DNA of 64,000 bases from Sphyrna mokarran (taxonomy: Eukaryota): NCBI GenBank assembly GCA_024679065.1, contig JAGIQG010000013.1, positions 19,220,001 to 19,284,000 of the forward strand, given 5' to 3'. Shown piece by piece: positions 1-11,940 of this stretch (position 1 is its first letter; each line of letters starts with the position of its first letter). The notes beneath the pieces were generated by a model. It was not told where the DNA came from, ran no database searches, and worked only from the letters and a program-made list of their open reading frames with translations. The position numbers were made by a program, and so were the translations under genes.

Positions 1-149
1 GCATTGTCATTTTCAAATGCCATGCCCCAGCCTCTTAATATCCAACAACTGTTAAATGGCAGGAAGAGTCACACACTAGTGCTATTTAAAGTGATTGTGA
101 ACCATTATGACTTAGTTAGATGGAGCCGAATAAGTGGTGAATAACACTG

Positions 150-764
150 GTGAACCCAAGGAGAAATATTTATGTGACTATGAGGGCAACAACTGAGGTA
201 GAGAGTGCAAGGGAGGGGGATCTAAATGCCCCAGAGGACGGTAGGAGTGAGGGATGTGAGATAGTGGTGGGGGATGGGAAGGTCAAGGGGATCGACAGGC
301 GGTTCTGTGGGCAAAAGCGGGACTCCAGGATGGTAGTCTGCCTCCCTGGAGCAGGGGTCCAGGATGTTACGGAGAGGGTAGAGGGAATTTTAAAGGGTGG
401 AGGGGCTAAGGCTGATGTAATAGTCCACGTGGGAGAGAAAGATGTAGGAGCAAAGTGCAGGGGGGACATACGTAGGCAGTTTAGGGAGTTGGGGGCCCGG
501 CTGAAGTGTAGGGCCTCCAGGGTGGCAGTCTCTGGGCTGCTGCCGATGCCTGGGAATGACAGGGTTAGGAACAACAAAGTGCTCCAACTGAATGCGTAGT
601 TGAGGGATTGGTGTAGGGTGGAGGGATTCAGATTCTTAGACCATTGGGAAGTCTTCAGGAGGGAGGGGCATCTATACAAGAGGGACGGGGAACAGTTGTC
701 TGGGAAGGGTACCCATATTTTAGCTGGGAGGTTAGCTGGAGTGTTTCGGCAGGGTTTAAACTAA
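150..764 (+). pseudogene. CR1 ORF1 remnant, SGNH/GDSL esterase-like fold
   Basis: Frame of ORF 150..599 continues past TAG (597-599, probably ex-TGG) as LRDWCRVEGFRFLDHW...DGEQLSGKG...GLN to TAA 762-764; motif spacing IVVGDG / LPGA / HVGEKD / DGEQL matches SGNH blocks I, II, III, V. Confidence 0.85.
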
Positions 765-811
765 TATGGAGGGGGGGTGGGGAGATAGAGTGAACTGGGA
801 GTGGGAGAGAG

Positions 812-3555
812 ATGGGTGACAGGGTAAGTCCGGAGGGTAGGAGGGAAGATCAGAGAGTGCCTGAGGGCCTTCAGTGCATGTGTTTTAATGCAAGGAGTGT
901 GACTGGCAAAACAGATGAACTGAAGGCAATAATGTTCGAGAGGAAGTTAGAAGTGGTGGCGGTGACTGAGACGTGGCTAAAGGAAGGGCAGGCCTGGCAA
1001 TTGAATATTCCGGGGTATAAGTGTTTTAGGCATGATAGAGGTGGTTTGAGGAGAGGAGGGGGAGTGGCGTTATTAGTTAAGGATCACATCATAGCAGGGC
1101 AGAAGGAGGGTGGTATGGCTGAGTTAGGAATTGAGTCGCTATGGGTGGAGTTGAGGAATAGGAAGGGAGAGGTTACTATGTTGGGTGTGTACTACAGACC
1201 GCCCAACAGTCCACGTGCCATGGAAGAAGGGATACGTAAGGAAATTTTAGATAGGTGTAGGAAGAATAGGGTAGTTGTAATGGGAGATTTCAATTTCCCT
1301 GGGGTAGATTGGAAGGTGCCGAGAGCGGGAGGTGCAGACGGGGAGGAATTTGTACAGTGTATTTTAGAAGGGTCCTTGGAGCAGTATGTGGATAGCCCGA
1401 CTAGAGAGGGGGCTATACTGGATCTGGTTCTGGGGAATGAGCCAGGGCAGGTGTTTGACGTTGTAGTAGGAGAGCATGTGTCTAATAGTGACCACAACTC
1501 TGTCTGCTTTAGGGTATTAATGGAAAAAGATGAAGCCTGCCTTAAGGGGAGGGTGTTAAACTGGGGGAGGGCTAGATATAGCCAGATTAGTCAGGATCTT
1601 AAGGATACCGACTGGGATAAGCTGTTCGAGGGTAGGTCGACGCTGCACATGTGGGAATCTTTCAAGGGAAAACTAAAATTTTTGCAGGATAGACACGTGC
1701 CGGCAAGGAGAAAGGATGGGAAGGGTAGGATTAGAGAACTGTGGGTTACTAGGGATGTTGAGGACTTGGTCGGGAAGAAGCAGGAGGCGTACGTTAGATC
1801 CAGGCAATTGGGGACAGAGGCAGCGCTGGAAAAATATAGAGAGTGTAGACGGGATCTTAAAAGGGGTGTCAGAAAGGCAAAAAGGGGCCACGAGATGGCT
1901 TTGGCATGTAGGATTAAGGAAAATCCTAAGGCATTTTACTCCTATGTAAGGAGCAAAAGGATGTTTAGAGGGAAGATTGGACCTCTCAGGGACAGAGGAG
2001 GGGAACTATACTTAGAGCCTGAGGGAATGGGGGAGATCCTGAATGAATACTTTGCGTCAGTATTCACGCGGGAGAGGGGCCTGATGTCTGATGCTGGCTT
2101 TGAGGATTATGAGGACCTGTTAAAGGAAATAATCATTACGAGGGATGAAGTGTTGGGGCTTTTAGGTAGCATAAAGACTTATAAAGCTCCGGGGCCTGAT
2201 GGTATTTATCCCAGGCTGCTAAGGGAGGTGAGAAATGACATTGCTGATCCTCTGACGCAAATCTTTGTCTCTTCTGTGGACACAGGTGAGGTCCCAGAGG
2301 ACTGGAGGATTGCAAATGTAGTACCGTTGTTTAAAAAGGGTCAGAGGGATAACCCAGGGAACTATAGGCCTGTGAGCTTGACTTCAGTTATAGGTAAGCT
2401 AATGGAGAGGATCCTCAGGGACAGGATGTATGAGCATCTGGAGCGCTGCGATCTGATCAGGGATACGCAGCATGGCTTCGTTAAGGGGAGGTCGTGCCTT
2501 ATGAACCTAGTGGAATTTTTTGAAGAGGTGACAAAAACGGTTGATGAAGGACAAGCCGTTGATGTCGTCTACATGGATTTCAGTAAGGCGTTTGACAAGG
2601 TTCCCCATGGTAGGCTGATAAAAAAGGTGAAGGTGCATGGCATACAGGGCCAGGTATGTAGAACTGGTTTGGGAGGAGGAGACAGCAGGTAGTAGTGGAA
2701 GACTCTTTTTCCAACTGGAGGTCAGTCACTTGTGGTGTGCCACAGGGCTCAGTACTAGGACCTCTTCTATTTGTGATTTATATAAATGACTTGGAAGAGG
2801 GGGTAGGTGGTGTGATCAGCAAATTTTCTGATGACACTAAGATGCTTGGATTGGCGGGGACTGAGGAGCAGTGCCAGGCAATACAACAGGACATAGATAG
2901 GCTGGTAGATTTGGCAGATAGATGGCAAATGGAATTTAATCCGGATAAATGCAAGGTGATGCATTTTGGCCGGAATAATGTAGAGGGGAGTTATAGGATA
3001 AAAGGTAAAACTATCTGGAGTATAGAGACACAGAGAGACCTGGGGGTGCAGGTTCACAAGTCTCTGAAGGTGTCAGTACAGGTGGAGAAAGTGATAAAGA
3101 AAGGAAGGGGTATAGAATACAAGAGTAGGAGTTTGATGTTGCAAGTGTATAGAACGTTGGTTAGGCCTCACTTGGAGTACTGCATCCAGTTCTGGTCGCC
3201 GTACTATCGGAAGGATGTGGAGTCCCAGGAGAGAGTGCAGAGGAGATTTACCAGGATGCTGCCTGGTATGGAAGAGCTGTCTTACGAGGAAAGGTTGAAC
3301 GCACTGGGGATGTTTTCCCTTGAAAGACGTTGGCTGAGAGGGGATCTATTAGAGGTATATAAGATTATGAGGGGTATAGATAGAGTAAATGGTGGTAAGC
3401 TTTTTTCACCATTAGATTCGGATAGAACGAGGGGTCACGGCCTTAGGGTGAGGGGGGCTATGTATAAGACTAATATTAGAGGGCATTTTTTCACACAAAG
3501 GGTAGTGGGGTGTGGAATGCACTACCAAGTAAGGTGGTGGGAGCAGGCACGCTAG
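812..3555 (+). pseudogene. CR1 ORF2 (APE endonuclease + reverse transcriptase), frameshifted near 2655-2695
   Basis: ORFs 812..2692 and 2695..3555 are consecutive parts of one pol. An in-frame loss of about 8 codons near 3100 is visible against the copy at 18875-19546 (KKGRG vs KKAYGVLAFIGRG). Confidence 0.93.
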
Positions 3556-3774
3556 GGTTGTTTAAGGGTCTCTTGGACAGCCACATGAGCGGTCTGCAGA
3601 TAGAGGGATATAGGATGACTGTTTAAATACTTTAATTGTTTCCACAGGCTGTTCGGTCCACCTTGTTGACCAACAAGGTGCATGCATTCGGCAGGTCGTG
3701 TGAGGGCTGCTCCTGGATGTTACTTCAGGAGTGGCCTAGTGCTTCACGTCGTTAGTGTATGCTTAAACTGGACC

Positions 3775-4060
3775 ATCAGATGGCAACATGACAGCTCAGA
3801 GACTATCGCTGTTGCTGTGCAGACACATGGATTTGGGCCTGTGTCTGCGGGAGTTTGCGCGTTCTCCCCGTGGTTGCGTGGGTTTTTCTCCGGGTGCTCC
3901 GGTTTCCTCCCACATCCCAAAAATGTGCTCTTAGGCTGATTGGGTAACAAATTGGCCCTATATTGGTCTCTATATGTCATTAAGACGTTAGGATGGCGGC
4001 GCGGGCTCGTTGGGCCGAAGGGCCTGTTTCCCGTGCTGTGTTGTTCTTTGTTCTTTGTAC
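3775..4060 (+). mobile_element. V-SINE/HE1-like SINE core with CR1-type 3' tail
   Basis: Core GGAGTTTGCGCGTTCTCCCCGTG...CCGGGTGCTCCGGTTTCCTCCCAC; ends in GGGCCGAAGGGCCTGTTTCCCGTGCTG and TGTTCTT repeats. Confidence 0.8.
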
Positions 4061-4169
4061 TATGCTTTAGGGCAATAATGAAACTTATCTCAAAAGTGGT
4101 GAGAGCTGGACATGTTTTATTCAAGAATATAAAATCCTCAGGAAAGATTGGGAAAGAAAGTTGGGAGGT

Positions 4170-4520
4170 GTAGGGCAGGGCTGATTAGTGAAGATCTGGC
4201 AGTGTTAGAAAAGGAGGAGGTCCTTCAGGGGTAAAGAAAGAGTCCATTTGGTTAGAGTTGAGAAATGAAAAGGGTATGATCACATGGTCAGAATTACTCC
4301 ATAGGTCTCTGGATAGTGAGAGAGGGATAAAGAAGCAATCTGCAGGGAAATCACAGAGATGTGCAAGAGTGATAGTAATGAGGAACTTTAATTACCCAAG
4401 GATTGATTGGAATAATGTTAAGATAAAGGATAAGCAGGAGGAGGAAATTCTGGAATGTCATCCATCAAATCCCCTTGACCAGGATATTTTAGGTCCATTG
4501 AGGATGGAGATATTGCTAAG
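4170..4520 (+). mobile_element. Degenerate CR1 endonuclease fragment
   Basis: ESIWLELRNEKG...VIVMRNFNYPRIDW is homologous to the ORF2 N-terminus at 1130-1320. Confidence 0.75.
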
Positions 4521-5110
4521 ATAAATGCAAATTGCTGCAAATGCTGGAATCTGAAACAAAAATAGAAAGTGCTGGGAAATCTCAGCAAGGTCTGACAGCT
4601 TCTGTGGAGGGAGAATAGAGCTAATGTTTTGAGCGTAGATGATTCTTTATCAGAGCTCTGTTTGAGGTTCCAGCACTCACAGTAGTTTGTGGTATATACT
4701 GGCCAGTTAAGTCCCCTCAAAATCTTTTCCAAGGCCTCCTGTGAATTTTAATTCTACATTTTGCTCCTCTTTCTTCAGCCTCCTGCAATGTCCTATGAAG
4801 CCCAAGGAAAGGTACCTCAGCTTTCAATAAGAACTCAACAATTTTAGATTGTAACCTCTGCTTCTTTCTGTTGCTGGTTTTAATATTAATCTCGTGTTTT
4901 TTCTTTGTTTTCTTACTTAGACGGCAGCTAGTCATCATTCTGCCATTCACACCTCCTCTAGACATAGAATGTTAAAGCAAATTACTAAGGGTGCCTGGAA
5001 TCTGAAAGAAACACAGAAAATGCTAGAAATGCTCAGCATGCTTAACAGCATCTGTGGAAAAAGAAACAGCGTTAAGGATTCCGATTAGTGTTCTTTCATC
5101 AGAACATGTA
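4520..5110 (-). mobile_element. Two Penelope-like terminal-repeat fragments (about 4520-4690 and 4975-5105)
   Basis: Shared AAATGCTGGAAAT..CTCAGCA..CAGCATCTGTGGA..AGAAACAG..GTTAA motif; the minus strand shows a degenerate CTGATGA...GAAA-like hammerhead core. Family assignment from recall. Confidence 0.5.
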
Positions 5111-5399
5111 AACATATCTTTTTGTTTCTTTTCTTCTCCCTCTCACTCCCTTTAGCCTTCCATCACTGAATCTTCTTGTCATTTAATCTCTCCCCCTTTC
5201 CACTCTAACATGGGTCTTCTCCTTTTGCTCTTTTTCTAATCCTCCCCTTTTTCACTTAGTTAAAACCGACTGAGACTTATATTTTCCCCAGTTTTGATGA
5301 AACATCATAGAGCACAATCCTAGAATTCCCTACAGTGCAATGGGTATTCATCCTATTGAGTCTGCATAGGATCTCCAGTAGAGCATCTTTACCCAGGGC

Positions 5400-5645
5400 T
5401 TTCCCCTGTGCATTTACCATGGCTAATTCTCCCTAACTACACATCTTTGGACATTAAGGGGCAATTCAGCATGGCCAACCCGCCTAATCCACACATCTTT
5501 TGGGAGTGCAGGTGGAGACAGGAGCACTTGGAGGAAAGCCACGCAGACATGCAAACTCCATACAGACAGTCACCCGAGGCTGGAATCGAACACAGGTCCC
5601 TGCCGTTGTGAGGCAGCAGAGCTAGCTACTGTGCCATCATGCCGT
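5400..5645 (-). mobile_element. HE1-like tRNA-derived SINE
   Basis: Reverse complement of the GGCACAGT..GCTGCCTCACA..AGGGACC..GTTCGATTCC head and V-SINE core. Confidence 0.85.
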
Positions 5646-5834
5646 TTCATTGACATGAAGCAATGACTCCCCATAGATTCTGCCTGACTTGCTGAATACT
5701 TTCAGCATTTTCTGTTCTTATCCCAGAAGGACTTGCTGCTGTTATTTTGCATAATATAGAGTCCTTTTTTAAATCAACCTGAGATGGACTCTTGATTTAA
5801 TATCTTATCAAAGGTCAGCACTTCCAAAAAATCA

Positions 5835-6170
5835 GAACAAAAGAATGTGATAGGAGCAGGCATAGGCTACTTGGCCCTTCAAGTCTCCTTCACCATTCAA
5901 TTATATCATAGCAGACCTGATTGTGGCTTAAATTCTATTTTCTTGCCCATTTTCCCACAATGTCTTAACTCCCTTGTCGATCAAAAATCTGTCTAGCTCA
6001 GCTTTGAATATATTCCAAGACCCAGCCTCCACTGCTCACAGGGGAAGCAGAATTCCAAATATTATAAACCGCTGGAGAGAAGAAATTCCTCCTCATCTCC
6101 TACTTAAACAGGACAGCCTTTATGTTTAAACTGTGTTCCATATTTCAGTGTTTCCCAACATTGGGAAACA
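5835..6170 (-). mobile_element. CR1-type LINE 3' end fragment
   Basis: Inverse of the 3' UTR/tail of the element at 24870-25815 (AGGAGCAGG..TAGGC..GGCCCTTCAAG, GAAGAAATTCCTCCTCATCTC). Confidence 0.65.
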
Positions 6171-6544
6171 TGAGGTTACATTTTATCTGTCACCGCCAGG
6201 TGCGTTTTTGGCAGGGGAGGCATGGGGAAGGGGATAGGGGCAGGGCTAGAGGTAGGGGAGGGGATGGCAGTAGGGGTAGTGGTGGAAGGGGGCAAGTAAA
6301 TAAGTTAGGTGTCCTCCCCACCACCTTTACACCGTCAAAATTGACAACCTCCTCAACATATTGAAATAAATAGCCAAGGTTTGGGCAGACTTGTTATCAA
6401 GACAATTAACTCTGGTACTACGCTATCCATGCCTTAAAACATTTGGTGTGGGAAGGCGAGCAGGAGTGGGTGGCCCAATTCTTTTATAAACTTCTTCGAG
6501 ACCTTTCCCTATCCAAGATCCCAGATTCACCAGACCTGGGGATC

Positions 6545-6745
6545 CATGGTGTTGCTCAGTTGGCTGGAAGCTGTTGTACCTGACGCAGGCCGATGTGTGG
6601 GTTCAAATCCAATACCAGCTTAAGGTTATTCATGGAATTCCTGCCTTCTGAACCATGCCCCTTGCCTGTGGTACAGTGATTCTCAGGTTAAATCACCTCA
6701 AAGGAAGAGCACCCTCTGGTCACTATGGCAACTGTACCTTTTACT
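6545..6745 (+). mobile_element. tRNA-headed SINE, second family
   Basis: A-box-like GTTGCTCAGTTGG and B-box GGTTCAAATCC at 6600-6610, followed by a body unlike the HE1 core. Confidence 0.5.
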
Positions 6746-7026
6746 TCCATAATCGAGCCCTCTTGCAATCTAGGCCAATAAAAGCAGCATTCTCTCCCTC
6801 ATTGGTACCATGGAATGGCAATTCAATTGAGGTGGCTAAAATTAACCACAGATTTTATCACTATGTCTTTCTTATCTGTTTGATTATCATAAAGCTTTTA
6901 ACTCAATAAACACATTTAGGAAGAATAATTTCCATCATATTGATATGCGTCTTCCAGTTCACAATGCTATGTATGCACCTTCTCATTTTTTCATGATATT
7001 GCAAAGAGTTTTTAAAAAATTCTTTC

Positions 7027-7031
<5 letters not shown>

Positions 7032-7059
<28 letters not shown>
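7032..7059. repeat. (GT)n microsatellite
   Basis: Direct reading. Confidence 0.98.
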
Positions 7060-7069
7060 CTGGCTTTTG

Positions 7070-7300
7070 AATTGATTTATTATTGTCATATGTATTGGTA
7101 TACAGTGAAAAGTATTGTTTCTTCATGCCATACAGACAAAGCATACTGTTCATAGAGAAAAAAATAAGAGAGTGCAGAATGTAGTGTTACAGTCATAGCT
7201 AAGATATGGAGAAAGATCAACTTATGCAAGGTATCTCCTTTTAAAAGTCTGATGGCAGCAGGGAAAAAGCAGTTCTTGTGTTGTTGATACGTGACCTCAG
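7070..7300 (-). mobile_element. Rex1/Babar-type LINE 3' UTR fragment
   Basis: Inverse of the tail at 45800-46000 (GAGTGCAGAATGTAGTGTTACAGTCATAGCT; GATTTATTATTGTCA). Confidence 0.75.
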
Positions 7301-7600
7301 GCTAGGCCAACATTTATTGCCCACTCCTAATTGCCCTTGAGAAAGTGGTGGTGAGCTACCTTCTTGAACTGCCATGATACAGATACACCCACAGTGCTGT
7401 TAGGAAGGGATTTCCAGGATTTGGGCTAAGCAATTATGAAGGTATTCAATACAGATTCAGGATGATGCAAGGCTTGGTGGGAAATTCTCAAGTGGTGGAA
7501 TCTGTATCTGCTGCTCTTGTCCTTCTAGGTGGCAGAAGTCACAGGTTTGGAAGGACAGCAGTCGAAGGAGCCTTGGTGAGTTGCTGAAGTGCATCTTGTA
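7300..7600 (-). mobile_element. LINE 3' end (family also at 52830-53180)
   Basis: GGCCAACATTTATTGCCCA..TAATTGCCCTTGAGAA..GTGGTGAGC is shared with 52850-52920. Confidence 0.7.
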
Positions 7601-8214
7601 GAGCAGGGGTGCCCAGACTTTAGTAACTTGAGATCTACCTTTTCGACAGTTACGTTCTACCTATGTGTCTTGCTACCATCCTGCACAAGGCATCCAATGT
7701 TGCACAGTGTAGGCCTAATACTGCCTGTCTATGAATAAAAAGTAGCAAGGTGCACCAGAGACATGTTTACACACAATCATGCAAAGATGCCATTCTCTAA
7801 AGGGCACTGGTAAAGCAGGTAGGTTTTTACAACAATCTTGTACGTTTGTGGTTAATAGTTCCAGAATTTTACCCTAACTAAATTCATGGGATATAAATTC
7901 TCCAGCTGCATGATGGGATTTATCTTCCAGATTGTTCATCCGGACCTCGGGATAACAAATACTGTGACATCACATATGTTTCTGTCTCCCAGGTTTAGTG
8001 TTGTGCCATATTCAACTGGCACTTATTCTGTGGGTCCAGGATGTCTTTTATTTTTAACATGATGGCAAGTAAGTGAGGAAGGTTTGGCACTGAAAACTGG
8101 GTTGAAACCGAAAGGTCAAGTCTTACAATAACGTAGTGAAGACTACATTACATAAGGCTTTTGCAGTCTACAAGGATGGGTGGGAATTACGTTTCTTCAG
8201 CCTGAGTGAAAGGG

Positions 8215-8405
8215 CGGATGGTGACGCAGTGCTTAGGACTGCTGTCTCATAGCGCCAGGGACCTGAGTTCAATTCCGCCCTTGGATATCTCTCAATGTGA
8301 AGTTTGCACATTCTCCCTGTGTCTGCATAGGTTTCCTCCGAGTGCTCCGGTTTCCTCCAAAGATGTACATGTGGATTGACCATGCTAAATTGCCCCTTAG
8401 TGTCG
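8215..8405 (+). mobile_element. HE1-like SINE
   Basis: tRNA-like head plus GTTTGCACATTCTCCCTGTGTCTGC..GTGCTCCGGTTTCCTCC core. Confidence 0.85.
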
Positions 8406-8409
8406 GGGG

Positions 8410-9170
8410 GGATCTGCTTTCTTTACCCAAATCAATTTTGTATCTATCTTACCAGCTCACCTTGGATCCCATATAACTTCATCTTCTATATCAGCCTCCC
8501 ATGAGGATCCTTATCGAAGGCTTTACTGAAGTCCATGTATACAACATCCACTGGCCTGCTCTGTCAATTTTTTCTTATCACTTCCTTAAAGAACTCAATC
8601 AAGATTGTGAGACACAACCTCCCCTTCACAAAACCATGCTGCCTTTTGCTAATAAGCCAATTCTCTTCTAGGTGTAAGTATATCCTGATCCTAAGAATCT
8701 TCTCCAATAATTTCCCCACCACTGATGTAAAGCTCACAGTAATTTCCCGAATTATCTCTTCTGCCCTTCTTAAGCAGAGGAACAATGTTAGCTACTCTCC
8801 AATCCACTGGTACTTCACCCGTGGCTAAAGAGGATTACAAAGATTTTAGTCAAAGCCTCAGCAATTTCTTTCCTTACCTCTCCAGGATAGACTATCTAGC
8901 CCTGGGGACTTGTGTGCCTTAATGTTTTTCAAAGCCTCCAATTTTATCTCAACATGCCCTAGAATGTCAACATTCTCCTTTCTACATTCACCATTCACCA
9001 CAGCCTTCTCCTTTGTGAATATTGATGCAAAATACTCATTAAGGACCTTACCCACCTCATCTGCTTCTACACACAAATTCCCTCCACTGACCTTGAGTGG
9101 ATCTTTCCCTAACTGCCTTCTTCCTCTTTATACAAGCATAAATAGCCTTGAGATTCTCCTTAATCCTGTC
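8410..9170 (-). mobile_element. CR1 RT fragment, degenerate
   Basis: LNEYFASIFTKE, KSPGLD, SFTSVVGKLLEKILR, QHGFVKGRLCLT. Confidence 0.9.
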
Positions 9171-9409
9171 TTCACCAAAATGACAGAACAGTAAGTATAT
9201 AATTTAGTTTCTAATATATCATCACATAAAGTTTTCGTTTACCTTTTCCACAAAAAAAGTACGTATAGAAAACACGCACCATGTATATGCCAATTCTGCA
9301 TACACGCAGTTTGCAGAAAGCACACATAGTTGATGCCATGGTCAACTGAGAACTAGTTCGCAATCAGCCTGGCACTCACTGCTGTCACTGTGGATCGGAG
9401 ATGAATGGA

Positions 9410-11940
9410 ATTAATATTGAATGGGTGAATGCAATGCCAGTTAATCAGGCTGCTTTGCCCTGGTTTGTAAGTTCCTTGAGTATGGTTAGAGCTGCACTCA
9501 TTCTTTCAAGTGGATAATAGTCTATCATACTTCGGACTCTTGCCTTGGAGATGATGGACAGACTTTGGGGTATCAGGAGAAAAGATTTTATGCCACCGGA
9601 TTCCTACCCTCTGACTTGCCCTTGTAGCGCAATATTTATATGGCTAGCCTAGTTCAGTTCCTGGGCAATGGTGTGGGGATTCAGCAATGACAATGCTCTT
9701 GAATGTCAAAGGAAGATCTTTGGATTTTCTGATTGATGATGGTCATTGCCTGGCACATGTGTAGTGTGAATATTACTTATCACTTGTCAGCCCAAGTCTG
9801 GATATTGTCCAGATCTTGCCACATGTGAACAAGAACTATTTCCGTATCGAGGAATTTTGAATGGAGTTGAATATTGTGCCAACATCAGCAAACATTCCCA
9901 TTTCTGATTTTATGATGGATGGAAGGTCATTGATGAAGCTGCTGAAGATTGTTGGACCTAGGAACTACCCTCAGGAATTCATGCAGTGATGTCCTAGGAC
10001 TAAAATGACTGACATTCAACAACCACAACCATCATCTTTTAGGTTGGTTATGACTTCAACCATTGGAGGGTTTTTCTCCTGATTCCCATTGACTCCAGTT
10101 TCACTCGGGCTCCTTAATGCTACATCCAATCAAATGCTGCCTTGTATCGAGGGCAGACACACTCACCTCATCTCTGGCATTCAACTCTTTTGACAATGTT
10201 TGGATCGAGGCTGTAATAAGGTCAGGACTTGAATGACAGTGCCGGAACCCAAACTGAGCGCCATGAGCAGGTTATTGCTGAGTAGGTACCGCTTGATAGC
10301 ACAACCAATGACCCCTTTCATCACTTTACCGAAGATTGAGAACAGGCTGATGGGGTGCTAACTGGTCAGGTTGGATTTGTCCTGCTTTTTGTGGACAGGA
10401 CATACCTGGGACTACTCCACATTGTCGGGTAAATGTCAGTGTTATAACTGTATTGGAAGTACATACCAGGAACATAGGTAATTTTGGAGCACATGTCTTT
10501 AATGCTGTTGCCAGAAGCTTTCAGCCATTTTCTGATATCATGTAGAGTGAATCAAATTGGCCAAAGACTGGCATTTGTGATAATAAAGACCTACAGAGGA
10601 GGCTGAAATGGGTCATCCACTCGGCACTTCTGAATGAAGATGATTGCAAATGCTTCATCCATTTCACATGGGCCGTTCCATCATTAAGGATGGGATCACT
10701 GGGGAGTTTCCTCTTCCTGTTAGTAGTTTAATTGTCCTCTATTATTCTTGACTGGATCTGGCAGAAGTGCAGAATGTAGATCTGAACTGTTGGTTGTGGA
10801 ATCGCTTAGCTCTGTCCATCACTTGCTGTTTATGTTTCTTGGAACGCAAGTAGTCCCGTGTCATAGCATTACCAGGTTAGCACCTTAGTTTTAGGTGAGC
10901 CTGGTATTGTTCCTGGCATCTCCTCCTGTACACTTCATTGAACCAGGGTTGATTCCCTGGCTTTGTGGTAATGGTAGAGTGGGGGATATGCTGGGTGTTA
11001 CGGTTGCAGATTGTGGTTGAGTACAATTCTGCGACTGCTGATTGTTCACAGCCCCTCATGGTAGCAAGGTGACACAGTGGTTAGCACTGCTGCCTCACAG
11101 CACCAGGGACCCAGGTTTGATTCCTGGATTGGGTCACTGTGCGGAGTTTGCACTTTCTCCTTGTGTCTTTCCTGTAGTGCTCTGGTTTCCTTTCACAGTC
11201 TAAAAGACATTGTGGTTAGGTGCATTTGCCATGCTAAATTCTCCCTTAGTATATCTGAATAGACACTGGATTGTGGCGACCAAGGAATTTTCATATAACT
11301 TCATTGCAGTGTTAATGTAAGAATCATGTGACACTAATAAATAAACTTTCAGAATTCCCTGTCTTGATTTGCCAAATCCGATTACAATCTATCTCATTTA
11401 GCATGGCGATAGTGCCACATGATATGATGGAGTGAATCCTCATGTGAAGACAGGACTTTGTCTCCACAATTGGTCATTCTTACTGTCATGGGCAGATGCA
11501 TCTTGACAGGTACATTAATAGGAACAAAGTCAAATAAGTTTCTCCCACTTTTCGCTCCCTCACCACCTAGCAGCTATATCCTTTGATGAGTACTCTTAGC
11601 GATGGTCATTGAAGTCTCCCACTCGAGATACCTTCTGAGTCCTTGCCACCCTCAGTGCTTTCCCTAAATGTGTTCAACCTGGAGGAACATTGGTTCACCA
11701 GTTGAAGAGATGGGGCAGAGGAGCTTGGGAGGGGGGGTGCAGGGATGGGTTTAACATGAGATGTCCTGTCAGCAGGACAGTACATGCCCAGGGATGGTGA
11801 TGGTGTCTGGGCCATTGCCTCTAGGGTGTGATTCTATGCGCAAGACTATGTCAACTTTCCCAATTTTGACATAAAGCCCCAGATGATTGTAAAAACTTTG
11901 CAGGGTTGACAGGACTGGGTTTGCAGTTTATCATTTCCAG
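9410..11940 (-). mobile_element. Degenerate LINE ORF2 (endonuclease-RT), interrupted by a SINE at about 11062-11348
   Basis: HIPHSTITTKPGNQPWFNE; long homology to 53690-55170; many stops and frameshifts. Confidence 0.8.
11062..11348 (+). mobile_element. HE1-like SINE nested in a LINE
   Basis: CACAGTGGTTAGCACTGCTGCCTCACAGCACCAGGGACC head; CTAATAA(T)AAACTTT tail. Confidence 0.9.

Larger units (their letters stand above)
150..3620 (+). mobile_element. CR1-clade LINE, near-complete ORF2 plus 3' part of ORF1, inactivated
   Basis: ORF1 esterase-like remnant followed by APE endonuclease (NARS, ETWL, YRPP, GDFN, SDH) and RT (NYRPVSLTS, QHGF, DFSKAFDKV, GVPQGSVLGP, FSDD) and the CR1 C-terminus (LVRPHLEYC, LERR). 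Carries a premature stop, a frameshift and an internal deletion. Confidence 0.95.

Noticed and set aside
170-3057. Antisense ORFs over the CR1 (170-679, 1192-1497, 2767-3057)
   Set aside because: Shadow frames of the LINE coding strand.
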